From NCBI GenBank assembly GCA_000934665.2, contig KZ538039.1, forward strand, positions 1-64,000: a stretch of 64,000 nt of DNA, written 5' to 3'. The translations under genes were made by a program, and so were the position numbers. The notes under the pieces were generated by a model. That model worked only from the letters and a program-made list of their open reading frames with translations. It searched no databases and was not told the DNA's origin. Shown piece after piece: positions 1 to 14,700 of the stretch; position 1 is the stretch's first letter, and each line of letters starts with the position of its first letter. This DNA is from Catajapyx aquilonaris. Taxonomy: Eukaryota.

Positions 1-2703
1 GGGGGGTGGATCCTCCTCACCTCTCAGGCAGCTGAGATACCTATATAGGATTTTGCATATTTCATTTCGGTTGGCTGCATCCAAGCCCTGGATTGACGGT
101 GCTTTCCAACAAATAATTAATTTACGGGCCGCCCCGGAGTGAAAGAAAACCTTGGCCATAATTACGAGTACAGAGCGTTGCATCTCCTTGCCTTTAAGGG
201 CTGTAACGGGGGCCAGTTTTCCGCCAACAATACCGGTTGTTCTTGGCCCCGGCTGTTTAATTAGTCATTCAAGGCCGAGGGAATCCGCACCCAAGTTTGA
301 TTGCATGTAATGACAGGCATGTTTGTGCATGCGAGCCCGAGAATAACCCTTGGCTTTCGCTGTCTGGCCACCACGTTTTTGGTAGCCCTACAGCGGTTCG
401 GCCTGAATAAATTCGGCGAACAGTGATTCGGCCGCCACCATTCGGCGAATGTCATACTGAAGTCCACATAATTATTATTATCATTCTTATTATAAAAACA
501 CTCGCTTCGCACGCATTTTTCTAGACCTATTGCTGTTTGTCTTTCGCCAGACAGCAAGCAAATGAATAGTACTTCCTTCCACCCACCAGAGGCGCTGCTT
601 CGCCCTGCGCGCGTCGTGGCTCCTCCCTTTGCGCAGACGCAGAACGGGGGCCAATCGGAGGCCTCGGTTAAACATCACAAGGATTTTAGTGCCAAGAAAG
701 GGCCGCGAATTGAGGTAGCCAAAGTCTAGCTATAGGCGACTCATTCGCTGTAATATAGAAGCCCGAAAAATTTTCATAGTAGCCTATAGCTTAATTTCGC
801 TGAATTTATCCGAAAGAGGCCCCAGGTGTAGGGATAAGTAAGTGCAAATAGCTCCAGGGTTGTTTGCACGCCACATTTCTTCCGTTCCATCATTTATCCA
901 AAGCCGATTAAGCCCTCGAGGGGGTGTAAACTTTTCAAAGCACCTTGTGGCTCTGGATTTATGCGAGGGACAGAAGGGATGACTCGGTCCTGATCAGCGG
1001 TTTCAATTATTGAGATTTTGGGCGCCATTAGATTCCCCGTGCTTAGCAATGGACGGTAATGGCTCCGGGTGGAAGTTTGTGTGGGAGGCGATAACGATAA
1101 CGAAAACGCGGACCGGGATTATGCAAACAACAAAAGCGTTGCTAGGAGAAATGATGCGGAGTGATAATCACGTTCCGGAGATGGCTGCTCCGACATTAGA
1201 GCGCGATTCTTCTAGGGATTTATCCTAGTTTCCCCCAGCATCCCCTTCTTGCTCCGGACCCCCCCAATTATGACCCTCCCTCGGCTCGTCCATTTTGGAG
1301 CCGGCCACTTAATCTGGATTAACTCATTTTGCCGGCCGTTACGGTCCATAGCGTCATTTCGCGGATGCTAATCAGCTCCAATTACGAGTGAGAGTACTCC
1401 GATCGGACCCATTTATACTCGCTCAGGTTCATATTAACGGAGAATGGGTTTGTCGGATACAGACTTCAAAGACTCGTTCGTTGGGATATAAAAAAAATGT
1501 AGGCTCTATATAGTATAGGGGGGGTGTGGTCTCATGCACTGTCGCGTTTGAATATTGTCGATGACACTTCTGATGGGGACGTGGCAATCCGATGGTAATT
1601 ATGACGCACGGCTATGGGTGGGAATCAGGTTTAATTTGTGACGTCAGTATGCTGTGATATATTTCCACCAAAAGTGATCGGAACAGCACTATTCACCCAA
1701 CAAAATTTGTATTAAAATGAATTTTAAAAAATGTAAAGTATTTCAAGAAGAGGCGACGGAGATTTTAGTAACGTTATTTTTGTTTCTGAGTTGTAATTGT
1801 TATTTCTTGGAAAAGCCTTTTTAGGCTTCGTCGTGTAATCCACACAGAAGGATTTTATCGGAAATGTTACGGGAATAAAGCCCAAAAAAGCTTCTAAGAC
1901 GCGTAGGCGGCATGGCTATAGTTCGTCACAAGGCCTCACTTTTTTTGCAGTATTAAAGAGCACTATAGTTAGCATAAAAACCGTATCAGAGCTGTCTTCA
2001 TCTTTTGCGGATGGTATCTTAACGATGGCATGAAAACAGATTGCTCGCTTTAATTACCCCTGTGGTGCTCTACTCTTTGTTGCGTTTACTGCTCCAATAA
2101 TTCCGCCTAGTTTGACAGATACGTTTTTAAGGAGGCTTTTGTTACACCCCCCTCCCCCCCATATCTTTTTTCAAGAAATGTTGATAAAATGGTCTTTGAG
2201 TTACTGAGCTGAGTTGGTCTCGATGTATCTTTTCTCGGAAAATTAAGCAACTTCTTGCGTCCTTGCATCCAGAGCCAACTCGGTTCATCTTCCACGAGAA
2301 AAGGACTACCAGGAAGCTGCCTCCCATTTGTCGTCTCCCTGAAGAACGACCAAAAGTTTTTCCTGTCCTGTTTCGGAGAGAAGCTGGCTTTCCAAGCAAA
2401 GAAAATGTCATTGGTGCCATAAAAACTGCAGATATATGAGGACTTGTTTAGTTCTTAGTAAGAAATGTCTGCAGCTACCCACAGTGTGAACATGGGGATG
2501 GAAAAGGCAACCCTGTTTATATTGAGCTAAATCGGTGTAGCCAGACGAACATTTCAGAGAGTCCCAGATTCCAGTCCTAAATCCGAGCCAAATCCCACCA
2601 TTTTTATCCTTCCAACCTGCAATGTGAAAAGACCCGGCGAGCATAATGGCACGAAAGGCTGAGTCCCCGCATTACATAGAACCCTGTTTTTGTTTCCTTG
2701 CAG

Positions 2704-5700
2704 CCACCTGAACAAAACAACGACGTACGAGGACCCCAGGAAAGACTTCCCGGAAGAGCCTCCGCAGCCCCGAGAAGTGGACCTGACGCGCCACCCTGAA
2801 CTGGGCTTTGGATTTGTCGCCGGAAGCGAAAAGCCCGTCATTGTCAGGTAAGCTGGTCCTCTTCTTATCACATTATTATGTCTGCCATTGTATACTCACC
2901 AAGGCTCTGAACAAACATCTCGACGCCATATTGCGTCTGCCATAGGTGTACACACTGTACTGTTAAGGTACACAGAAAGTGCTTCTAATTAGCCTAATGG
3001 TGCTATTATTAGACGCCATCCTACAACACATTTTTTTGTAAGGGACATTGCTCATACCTGCATTACCTGCTGGATTGCGACATAGCCTCAGGAGGGTTAC
3101 TGTACAGTTCATTTTGGTATATGCACGTTTGGAGTGTGACATACATTTCTGAGTGAATGTCTCTTCAAGAGGAGCTGACTGATCATTAGGGTGTGTCGAA
3201 AGGTGTCAACTTCTGCTCGTCACATGCATGGTTGAATAAATTCGGTCCTATTACTTCAGACGCCTTTTTTAAAGCGAATGTTGATGATCTAAGAGGGTGA
3301 AGTTGGCGAGAACTTCAGTATTCAACGGTTTTTTTTTGCGTCGAGAGACAAATTACAAGGAGGCTTTATGCTCTTGATAAATGATAATGTGTAGGCGTAA
3401 ATTATGAGGCTCGATTCGTTTTGGGAAAATGGGGCGATGCTTGTTTTAAAGGGATGTGATTCCTCAGTATCACTCATAAGCGAAAGTCGAAATTGGAAGA
3501 GCCATAACCATCCATTTTGCTTGATGGCTGTATTAGCGCACTTGTTACTTAACAGCAGCAGGAGAGAAATCGCTAAAATGAAGTGCGTCGAATTTTTGAG
3601 CCTTCCCTCCTGCTGGTTTGCATATTAGCCGAAAATATTCGTGACGGGTCGTTTTGACAGACACAAAAAAATCTCATTTTCAACCAACTGACATAGTTCT
3701 CAGACGAAATGACATGACTCATTTTGCAACGACTACGCTCATTTGTTGAGCTCCCCAAAAAAGCAGTGTCTTATGAATGATGATGCTGTCCAGCAGTGCG
3801 GCGTGAATTCCTTCATAAGTGATGTGCAAAACGCAGCCTGGTGCTCTTCCAATAATTGCATATTCCAAAGCGGACGCACTAGGCGAAGGCCCAATCAGTT
3901 TGCAGCAAAAAGACAAGACTTGACAACAAAAACGTAATGAAAATAGAGTTTGATATTACGAGTGTCAGCGGTGTTGATCGTAGGAAATGAGCTATAGCCT
4001 CAGGATAGAGTGTCCGCCTGCTATAGCCGGACAACATTGTGCCATGATGGTGACAAGCACTATTTGTCATCTGGATTGCACCACCGCCTTCCGACACATC
4101 CACTCCTCGAGCGGCCTTTCCCCAACACTTTCAGCCGCATGCTTTTCGGCCAACTTAAACAATCCGGGGCCCACTCCGGGTAATGGATACCACAATTTCT
4201 CCCGGACGAAAATTACCGGGCTCTAGACACTATATTTCAAGCTAAAAAAAAAAAAAAGAAGCGTTGCGCGGTACTGTATGGTGTTGGGAGTTGAGAGCGA
4301 GCTAATATCCGGGCACACTGCGAATAAAATAATATTTGCCTCTCCAGTTTCGGCTTCAATATACTTGGAACGATTTTTTCATTATTTTTGCGACCTAGTT
4401 TTTGGAGATTTATGCGATATGCAGGAAGGCCTGGATTTCATGGGTTTTGTTATAATACAGGAAGCTAACTGGCTTCTTTGTACAATATTGATGATTTGTC
4501 TAGTCAGTCGTTAAAATCGTGCGTAGCATTGTATACGTATTCTGTAGCTTTTGTATAATTACTTGCAACCAGTTCAAAACAGTATTTTCTGTTGAAATAA
4601 GCAGCAGTGGCTGGGAGTTGTTTACTTCGTAAGAAAATCAACCTGCACTGCTATACATTACGGTTGGGTGTCATAAACTGAGAAACAAATTAGTAGAAAA
4701 TCAGATAAACGCTATAGGAATTCTGCCAACAAATGTATAATATTTGCATAATTCACTTGCTGATGCATAAAGTCTTTTTTGCACATATTTGCGTAAGACA
4801 TTTTTTTTTTCAATCTCTGTATCTCTCAAGGTGGGGCCTACTCCTTGGAGGCAAAAATAACTTTATTACTGTGTTCTTTACGTTTGCATTCCCTCTCCCC
4901 CGCCCCCTTTAAGCTATATAGTCCGCAACGAAATGAAATTGACTATTTTGCTTCTTTCATCTTCAAGCAAGGCCTTATGACAACTCGAAGCAATAAAAAT
5001 GCTGTAATAATATTTTGTCTGCAAAAAGTACCTGACAGAAAAAAAAAGCTGGAAAAGAAGATTGAAGCAGTTTGAAATTTAATCCCAAGTCTCTGAAAAA
5101 TCCTCAAAAAGTTTTTTGTGAGATGTATACACATTTTTTGGTTGTACTGGTGAACATATGTGTAATTCTGGCTCACATTCCGCTTTACAGATTCGTGACA
5201 GAAGGCGGACCGAGCGTGGATAAGCTGCTTCCAGGCGACCAAATCCTTCAGATCAACGGAGAAGACGTGAAGAAAGCCCCTAGGGACCACGTGATCCAAC
5301 TGGTCCGATCCTGCAAGGACACCGTTCGTCTGACCGTGTGTCAACCTCCTCTCGACAACGTGAGTTACCTAATCCCCTCGCCCGGATTAGATCACTTGAG
5401 CACCCCTCGAGTCTGAAAAGGGGGATCCCTATTCCTCCAGACAAAATTGACATTAGGAAACGGGTTAGGAACCGCCCCCCCCCCCTCTCCCCCCATTGCG
5501 CTTTTCCGTATTCAGTCTGGAAGCTGTCATTCTTTGAAGCTATTTGGGCGGGGGACTACAATTCCCAGAGCTTTTGCCAGGCTCAAAATCCGGGAGACTG
5601 TGACAGGGAGGAATTGTGTGCTCCGGATTGTGATCCTAACGAAAGTGGGTCTTTCTTGGATTGAAACATTTCCAGACGGAAGGATTTCAACTCGGGCAAA

Positions 5701-8700
5701 ACTTAAGCACAAAAATCTACACATTGCTGTGATTCGAGTATCTGCCAAGGAAGGATTTTCGCCGCCAGAATTTTTGTGAATAACAAAATTTTATGTGAGT
5801 AACGCAATAAGCTCTTCTTTCAGGTTCGATTGAGTCACGACAAAAGCATGTTTTTTTGTTGCATACTACATTTTTTTAAAGAAAAGGGACAGCGGAAAAT
5901 GCTACGTTAACATGCAGTTCTCGTCGCTTTTTTTATCGTAGATATCGATCAATTCAGGATGGGTTTTTATAGTGTGCGCGCAACCGGAATTTTTTCCATC
6001 TTTTCTGACAATGCACTTGAAGATGGCACACGTGCAAAAACTGAATCTAGTTTTCGAAGTGATGGAACGACCAAAGTAAGTTACCGGTGTTCATAAGGAA
6101 AGTGCTGGTTACCCTCGCTTCCTTTTTACATTACACTGAATTGGGTTGAAAAAATACTGTGATTTTCCCTACTGAATACAAGCAAAGTGGGGACGTATTT
6201 TTAGTATTGGGTTTCTCATCTAGAGAGAGGTTCATCTTCCCATCCACCAGAGGCGCTGATTCTTCCCATTGCGCATGCGCAGAGCGGGGGCCAATAGGAA
6301 GCGTCGCGGTGTGCCAACGATCGGGCAACGGTTTTAAAAGTATAGATGTGTAGCCACATAACTACTAAACTCAGTTTTAGTAAGGAAGACTGTTGAGAGC
6401 AATGTGATGGTGATCTAAAATCCTGGATATCGGTGCTTTATGGAGGATCCCTTCCGGCACGGGGAATAATTAGTCTGCTAACGATGACGTTACCTTAATT
6501 AATACCTTTAGATGCGGCACGATAGTTGACACAGTTCGAGCTTGAAATGCAGCTCACGTTCTTAGCAGGGGGGGCGTCTCTGATCCTTAATGGAAACTGC
6601 AAACCAGCCGAATTTTTATTCGAGCTCGTTCGGGAATGGCCAGACAAAAGACTTCATGATTCCGCAATAAGAAAGGTCTCGGCGGATAACGAGCAAGTAG
6701 CTGCGTGAAGATTGTCGTCGTGAAGAAGGGTTTTTTTTTCTCTCGACGAAATTTCTTCTAGGATTATGGCCCGGAGAGTGTGGCCCCATCGTAAAGTACC
6801 CTCTGGTAGGAGATTTTATGGATCTCGACTTATATATCGCATCGGATTCTTTCGCTTGAAGCACCTGCCGGAATTTTCCAGATTATCTCTTGCCACAGTA
6901 TTGCCTCCAGAGGTTATGCACAGCGGTGAACAAGGGTGCTGCCAACGTAGGATAAGGACGGGTTATGGATATGCAATGTGCGGCATGATTGAATATATGT
7001 ATGTTCTTGCAAAATTTCAAAATACAGGACGCTATTGTTTTCATCGCCAAAATAGCGCAAGTTTGACGCACCCCGAAAAGGAATGCGAGTTTGGCCGGTA
7101 TGAAAGGAATGTTCATTGCAATTTTTTCCACCCTATACATCGTTCCCCGATTGAGTTCCCGATCCGAGAGCCTCTAGGGGTCATGAATTTGTTGGGAGTA
7201 GTAGGAATAATCCGAGGGAATAGTGCCAAGTGGTGGTAAAGTCATTTTTGGCAGGATGTCTCGAATTGGAGATGAGCCAGTGAAACTTCCCAACACGTGG
7301 AGCTGGAACCAATTCGAACTGGCTGCCAGATAGAACTGGAAGAAAGAAATAGAGAGAGAAAAAAAATGGACAGCGAAAAGGCAGAGAAACGAATGGCACA
7401 TTGTAAGTCAGAGGTCGTTGTTCCGGTCACGGGCCACATCCTTCCTGCAAGTCTGGCGCCCCAAAGTGGGACCGTTGGCAGCCGGAAGTGCCCAGTGATG
7501 AATGTGCTTCACTGACTTCTGCCAGACTACCGATGAAACGCTATTTGGCCCATCACTGTGAAGTCACTCGCTTGGCTCAACCATGCTCAACCCTGCCTTT
7601 TCTTTTTTTTTTTAACAAAAAAAAAGGTGGAGGCACAATGGAAACAGCATCTCTCGAGAGGTTTGTTTGTTCTTCGGGCCTTGATTCGGGGTCAGCATCA
7701 CTCAAACGGAATCTGCCTCTAAATTCTGCTCGACTCCTACCATCATTTGTCATGAGATATAAAAAAAAGAGCTCTCCAATTTCATTTTCCCTAGAAATGC
7801 CTGTCACAAAGGGGCTTCATATTTATGCCCTTTCTGACTGATGAAATCTATATACGCAATTTAGGAGCGTTTAATCTTTCTGGAATGGTTTTTTAAGCTG
7901 GCTTGGATTCATATTGAATGTTTTAAAATCATTTTGTTTGCAGACGTACAAAAGCGACCGGTTTTTATTATATTCTGCTTTATGGCATGGAAATTTAATT
8001 AATTCATTCCCCTCAGGCTTACTGGTAGTGTGAATGGGCTTAACTAAGTCCATGTATTATAACAGACAAGTAGGTCTGAATGCTTTGAAGTAATTACCAC
8101 CAGATATGAATTACAAGCAGCATCTGAATTATGAAGTTCATTCGCTTTATGAACGTGAAAGACGTCGCCGTGTCACTTATTTCAAGTGAGAAACTTCGGC
8201 ACAGCTTCCAATTCCAACCGTGTTGCAAGTTATTTACAGACAGGCTGCGTTAATTTGGCGTCATAACAACATGCAAATTGCATTTCGGACGAGCCATTCT
8301 TCACTGACAGTACAACTGATTTTTTAATTTTTGTCCTTGAAATTAAAGCAAGTCAACGAGGAAAACTGCCGTTCTCGACATTTTGCAGAAATCAGTTGGC
8401 GAAAAGTTATAATTATTGAACTTTTTGGAACAAAAAAGGCTGAAAATCTTAATTGTCGGAACTTTTGGAGCCCAACTTTCTAGGCGACCAATGAAAAGTC
8501 ATGCTGCCATCGATGACGCCGCAGACATAATTAAAGGCAAAACCTTAACCGCTGCCACACCTCCATATAAAAGCTGGATCGGAAAATCCACCCTCAAAAA
8601 GGTGGTGAAGCACATTAATGAGTCTTTCTGATCGGAAAAGCAGGATCGTTAATCACAAACTGTTGGTTCTAAAAAAAAGTTGTGACCAACAAGAAGGCTC

Positions 8701-11700
8701 ATTTATCTCCGGCTAAAAACCACCGTCCTTTTCAGACCAGTTTACATCCACAAAAACCCAGTCATTTCCGCTCTCTCGACCTTACTTTTGTGATTGTTTG
8801 ATCCAGAAGTTAATCCACAGAGGAAATCAAGAGGGCGCCACAAGCTTTGTGTTGAAGCGAACGGAAAAAACGTTGCGCTTACGCCTGGAAAGTAGGACAC
8901 ATTCCCTGCTTTCAATTTTTGGTCTGGAGTAACCGTGTAGTAATTTGTAACCTGCAGACACCGCCTGCGACTGTACAGCTTCATCGAGGGAACCAATGAA
9001 AAGGGGAAGCAGATGACAAATCGCAGGGCTGCAAATGACGGAGCGGGTCTCAATGCGTACAGGGTGGGGTAAAAAGGAAGAGAGATTCTTTCTCCGTTCC
9101 CCCATCTCCCTTGAGAATGATGCCATTAGTCGAGCAAGGCGTTGCTTTTCATCTAGCCTTATTAATATTCCGCCTTTTCGGCCTTCCCCCTCAAGGAGCG
9201 AGGGATGTTGGCAATTGCTTCAGGGAAGAAAAGGTGACATTTTTTTTAGGTGTCCTCAGGATGAATTCTGGCCACCGAGTTGAAAATATGGGCCGGGGGA
9301 AATTAGCTGGGAGGCTAAGACTGTGTCTTTGCAATTTATTGTCTTAACTGGCGCGAAAAGCACTTTATTAGCAGGGTAGAAGAGCTGGCAGGTGTTGAGC
9401 CTTCTTTAAAAATATGGCCCCCCCTTTAAGGCTCTTTAAAGGGCTGATATGTGCTTCACAAATTGTGATTATTTAGTAGCGCGTTGTATCAGCAATATTT
9501 GAGGGTATTGTGGTGGTGGTGAACAACTTTTTTATTAGGCAATTATGGACTGTTATTGATGCAACTATGGAAGTTGGTACAGTACTCTACAGCAGATAAT
9601 GTGACGCAGTCCTTTGAAGTCTGCCACTAATTGATATGTTAATCAAGCATGTGGTAGTTTCGCTTTGCCTGGAAGCATATTTTCGATGATTGAACATGTA
9701 TTGCGGGGAATTGCAGTAATAGAGCGGACTTACAGTGACCATAATGTGTTAAAACATCCGGCCCTGATTTTTTGAAGGAGTATTTGTTATCAATGAATGA
9801 CAACGTGTGTGTCATATAACATGCCTTTTAATAATGTCATGTTCAAATCTATTGAAAGTGTAGAAAACTGGTATTGTAATATCGTCAAAATATTTACATC
9901 AGACAGACTGTTGACCTTAGCGGGTTATTCATCCTCGTAACGATTTTCTGCTCATTTGAACCTGATATCAGGTGACGGTGACAATGTACACAGAGAAGTG
10001 CCATGATATATACCTAACTGTGACGAGGATGTTATTATTGCCAACGGAACAAGGAGTAGACTTCAGTTGCACATAAACTCTGCACGAGACGTTGACTGTG
10101 GGCTAACCAAATTTTCCTCCCTTCCCCTTCTGGCGTCCCCACCACACCCCCCACTCCTGGTTGCCCACAATATTGATTACTTCATAATTACTAAACTGTT
10201 GCTCTTGGGCATGAGCGTGTAAATAACACTTTGTACCCGACTGAATAAGGCAAGAGATCACACCGCGTGGTGCACTACTGTTTTCATCCTACTTGTTGAC
10301 CATTTGAAGAGTGAGTGAGTGGGCCAATAAATAATATAATGAAGATTCTCTCATTGCTTTCCAGTCTGCGCGCAAGTCTGCCCTGCTGAGCGCCGCAAAG
10401 AAAGCCAAGTTAAAGTCAAACCCTTCTCGAGTACGATTCGCCGAAGGGGTTGTGATCAACGGCTCCCCTCTATTTACTGTGAGTAACCATGGCTGAATGT
10501 GGAGGACTGTTTCTTGGAGTGCATTTGCCAGGAAGCATGGATGGGCCATTGAGGAATTGGCAACACTGAGGGGGCATATCTGTAACGTCACGATCAGTCA
10601 GATCACAGCTTTCGATCTGGATCCGGCCTCAACATCGATCAGCCTTTATAAAATAAGCGTAAAAGGTGGCCTGATGATGGTAATTAAAATCAACCAGCAG
10701 CTTCTCCAAATATGTATGAGAACACAAAATTACATGGTGGTACACTGCACAGTTTCAATATTATTATATATGGAATAAATGGCCACCCCTGGCGATGTAA
10801 CTATAAGAATTGGGCGTATCTTGCGCAGGATTGTTGCCGAATTTTTCTTTGATGTGAGCAGAGTGCTCCTAAGTTTCTTTAATTACTTATGCATTCACGG
10901 TGCTGCATTCATGTGGAAAGTGGAGCGTTTTTTTGTTGAACTGTTTTCTTAAAAGAAATCTTCAACAGTCGAATAATACGCAATTGCACCAAAAATGGCG
11001 GCCGAGTTTGTTTTTCTTCCCATGGTACTGTACAGTGGACTATTAATTAAACAAACGTTTCACCGTTGCCACACTTTGGACCTTAAACTTGCGCAATGTG
11101 TACTACCCTGACTTTGGCAACACCGGATTCTATACCTAAAAGAAGAAAATGTGGGCAAAAGTTACCCGAATGGCACATCACAAAGGGAATTGCAAGTTGC
11201 CTGGGATAATAAATATGTAAATATTTTATGCCCACATTTTATACAGTATTCATAACTTTCAACAACTATAGGCTGTGGTCACGGCAGCAACTTTCGCCGA
11301 CACTTCCATTATAATCTTGTGCTACCTGCAATATCATTAAATTGCCTCCTGAAAGCGCATTTGGACAATACATTACAATTTGTTTAATTTGTTTAAAAAT
11401 AATGCTGCTTTCGTCACGTTTTGCGCGTCTGGCCACCTTTTATGAACCTGTTCTAAACCTCGATCTGACAATATCCTGAAACAAGGCTGATTGTGACGTT
11501 CCAGTGATTGGCTGACGATGTAGATATAACTTGTGCACTCAAGAAAAGTCAACCTCTGGGAGTATACATGAGATGCATGTGTGCGAGACTGCTGCACAGC
11601 CTGTTTCGGACTGTCGGCCCATCACCACCAACCATCAGGTGCTTCCGATTTTGTCATACACTTACAGAGATCACCGCCGATTACATATGATTGCACCGGA

Positions 11701-14700
11701 CCTAGCTTGGAAAACTTTTCTGGCCCAGACCCTCCATATTGATCAGCAGTTGTGGGGGGGGTAGGGCCGGCTTATTTCAGGTTTTAATGAATTCGGAGGG
11801 AGTAGTGTGAGGAAGGGTGGCGTGCAGGCGCGTTGCAGGAATATCAAAAGTTCATCAAAGTCCTGCATGGTTGAGCTAGTGCTTTTCTAATGAGCTCTTT
11901 TGGCTGGGGGGGAGGGGGAGGGGAAGGAAAAGGGGTTGGGGGGGAATGGATTTGGGGAGCAGCAGTCTACCTCCTTACCCCCTACTCCAATTTGCATGCA
12001 TTGCGCTTTTCCGACTGCCGCTCTTCTTTGTAATTAGATCCTGGGTAAGTTCCTGGAAAATTGCGCCCCGATCACATGCGACTTCGATTAGGCCTGTGAC
12101 CCGAGGTCAGCTGGCTGCCTACACCTTCCGTCCTTCCCTTCATGTTTTCAGTTGGATATGTCCCACCAGAGACACATGTCCGTTGGCACGCTCTGCACTT
12201 TCGATTACATGCAGCCTCCTTCACCCCATCGGCCATTAACTAGCCAGTGCAGGAGGCTGTAAAGCCAACGATGTACTCTCAAGAGCAGTTTCAAGATAGT
12301 TTACGAGCAGCTTTTATGTAAATGGGTGACCAGGCACAACTGTTGCCGGTTCATCCCGCATTGATCCGGCTCTATATGCAATCCAGATGCAGAGTGTGCA
12401 ACTGGCTTTTACTTTAAGTTTATTTGTACACCACTTGCAGTGGTATAATCATCGAAATTACATTGTTGTTGATGTTGATTATTGTAATTATTGGAGAAAA
12501 AAAAATGTCCCTGTACAGCCGTCCAACTTCTCCACGGGGGAATCGTGTGTGCCGTTTCTGCCCAACGTGCTGAAGGTTTTTCTGGAGAACGGACAGACCA
12601 AGTCGTTCAAGTACGACTCGAGCACCACGGTTCGAGATGTCCTCGAGTCTCTGCAGCAGAAGCTGGGCCTGCGTTGTCTGGACCACTTCTCCTTGGTGGT
12701 GGAGCACATCAAGAGCCTCCGGAGGAACAAGCTCACTCTTCTCGACCCGAAGGAAACTCTGGCCAGGGTGAGTCATATTTTCACACGCCCTTTTATTGTG
12801 ACAAAGCGTCGATGTTGTTTTGGCAACTTGATCATTTATTAAGAGGGTTTTCCCCCTATCTAAGAGCCTCGCTTATTTTTTTTTAAAGTACTGGGTACAA
12901 AAAAAAGAGCACCCTCCAGGTGGTTCATCTAATGGAAGTGGTTTTTTGGGAAGAAGAAAGCGGGTCGGGTAGCTTTTGTGGAAATGGAAGCTCGGTGTGG
13001 TGGATCCCAAGGGAAGCAAACGTGCTTTTGTTTTCCTCCTAGGGGAGTGCTGGTAATTAATCTCGGGAGCTGGAGCCACCAGACATCTCGTAATCGGATA
13101 GTGTCGCCAGTAATTTTTTCTCGCATTTAAAAGCGGGAGGTGCGGCTTTTGTAAGGAGGTTGTTGTGAGCGTGGCTTGTTTAAAAAAAAATATATATAGG
13201 AGAGGGTAAACCCTGAGTAATGGTAACTTCATCGCAATTAGGATGCATTTCACGGGTGCGGATAATTATGCACCGCTGGAGCTTGATCAAGTGCCAGAGT
13301 ATGGCTATAATTTTGCATCATCCTTGTGTTTGGCTGCAGATATATCTTCTCTTGCCGTTTTGCAGATTGCGGCCAGACCCGGGGCACATAATCTCAGGTG
13401 CTTGTTCCGAGTCACTTTCGTGCCCAAAGATGCTTACGAGCTGCTCCGGAAGGACGCCGTCGCCCTTGAGTACCTTTATACTCAGGTGAGTTGGTTTAGG
13501 GTAGAAAATGAGAAGTGCTTTTACCTATAAGTACTTCAGGGTCGCTACAGTATTATGAGCCTTGCTTTACCAACACAAATACTAACAAAGCATTAGTAAG
13601 CCAATATTATGTGGGCATAAAACGCCTGGGGGTTTCTTGGAAAATTAACGGCATGAGTTGAGCAGTGTTAACTCAGGCCCGAGCGAAAACTGGGTTAGAG
13701 TCTACAGTTAAGGACAACGTTATTATTAATAACAATATTCTTCCGGTGCTGAGCAGGAGCGTAATTGTTAGGTGCGCTTAAAATTATAAATGGAAATCAT
13801 GGCCGGAGGATGCTCATCAAAATATCAGCAGTCCTCTTGATGTACAAAGGCAAAATTTTTGACTCGTGTAATATTTATGGTTAGTAGGCCTACGCATTAT
13901 TTTGCGAGGCAAGTTGTGCAAATTTGGTCATTTGTTTTTTAACGTAAAATGAAAGGGCAAACCTGAATCCTTTTCACGAAAATTCGCATCCTTTAACTAT
14001 TATCCTTGAATCTTTGTGCTGTCACTATACAGGAGAGGTGTCGCTTTAATACTGGCGCAACGTTGTATTGAATAGTGTGTATATTGCAACCCGCGGTTAG
14101 CCCCATCAGGAAAGCAGAACACCAAAATGGCATGAATACAATTAAGTTATGAGATAATTTATTCCCATTATCAGGTTGTCGGCTACCATGTCACGCACTT
14201 TCCTATATGGATGTAGAACATGACCACTGCAATATGTCGATTGCATGAATATCACAAATGGCTATGTTACAGTTAATTGCATTTATAAGAGCAGTTGCTT
14301 TTGGTCATTTTCATGGGTTACAGTACTGTATAAAACCTGGTGTCACTTAATAAAGTTTTTTTTTATCCTGACACACAGGCTTCCTTTCTAACCGAAGAGC
14401 CACACGGGATTGCCCTGAATAGTCAGGATAAACGCGTCATTTGGCCCAGACAATAGCTGGCGAATCCAGCACCAAGCCCAATAAAACCCCCAACCTTTAA
14501 GAGCATTAAACTCGGTTCTACTTGAGCCCCCTACTGTACTCAGTCCACGTCGCAAAGCAATTGGTAGAAAATAATCGGCTCTTTGAACGTCCCACTAATC
14601 AATCCATGAAGAACCTTGCTATGACCGACCTTAAAACATTTTAGAGCCACACCAACCGGTTTTAGCAACTTCTTTGTCGGAAATCAAGTTAATGCGATTA

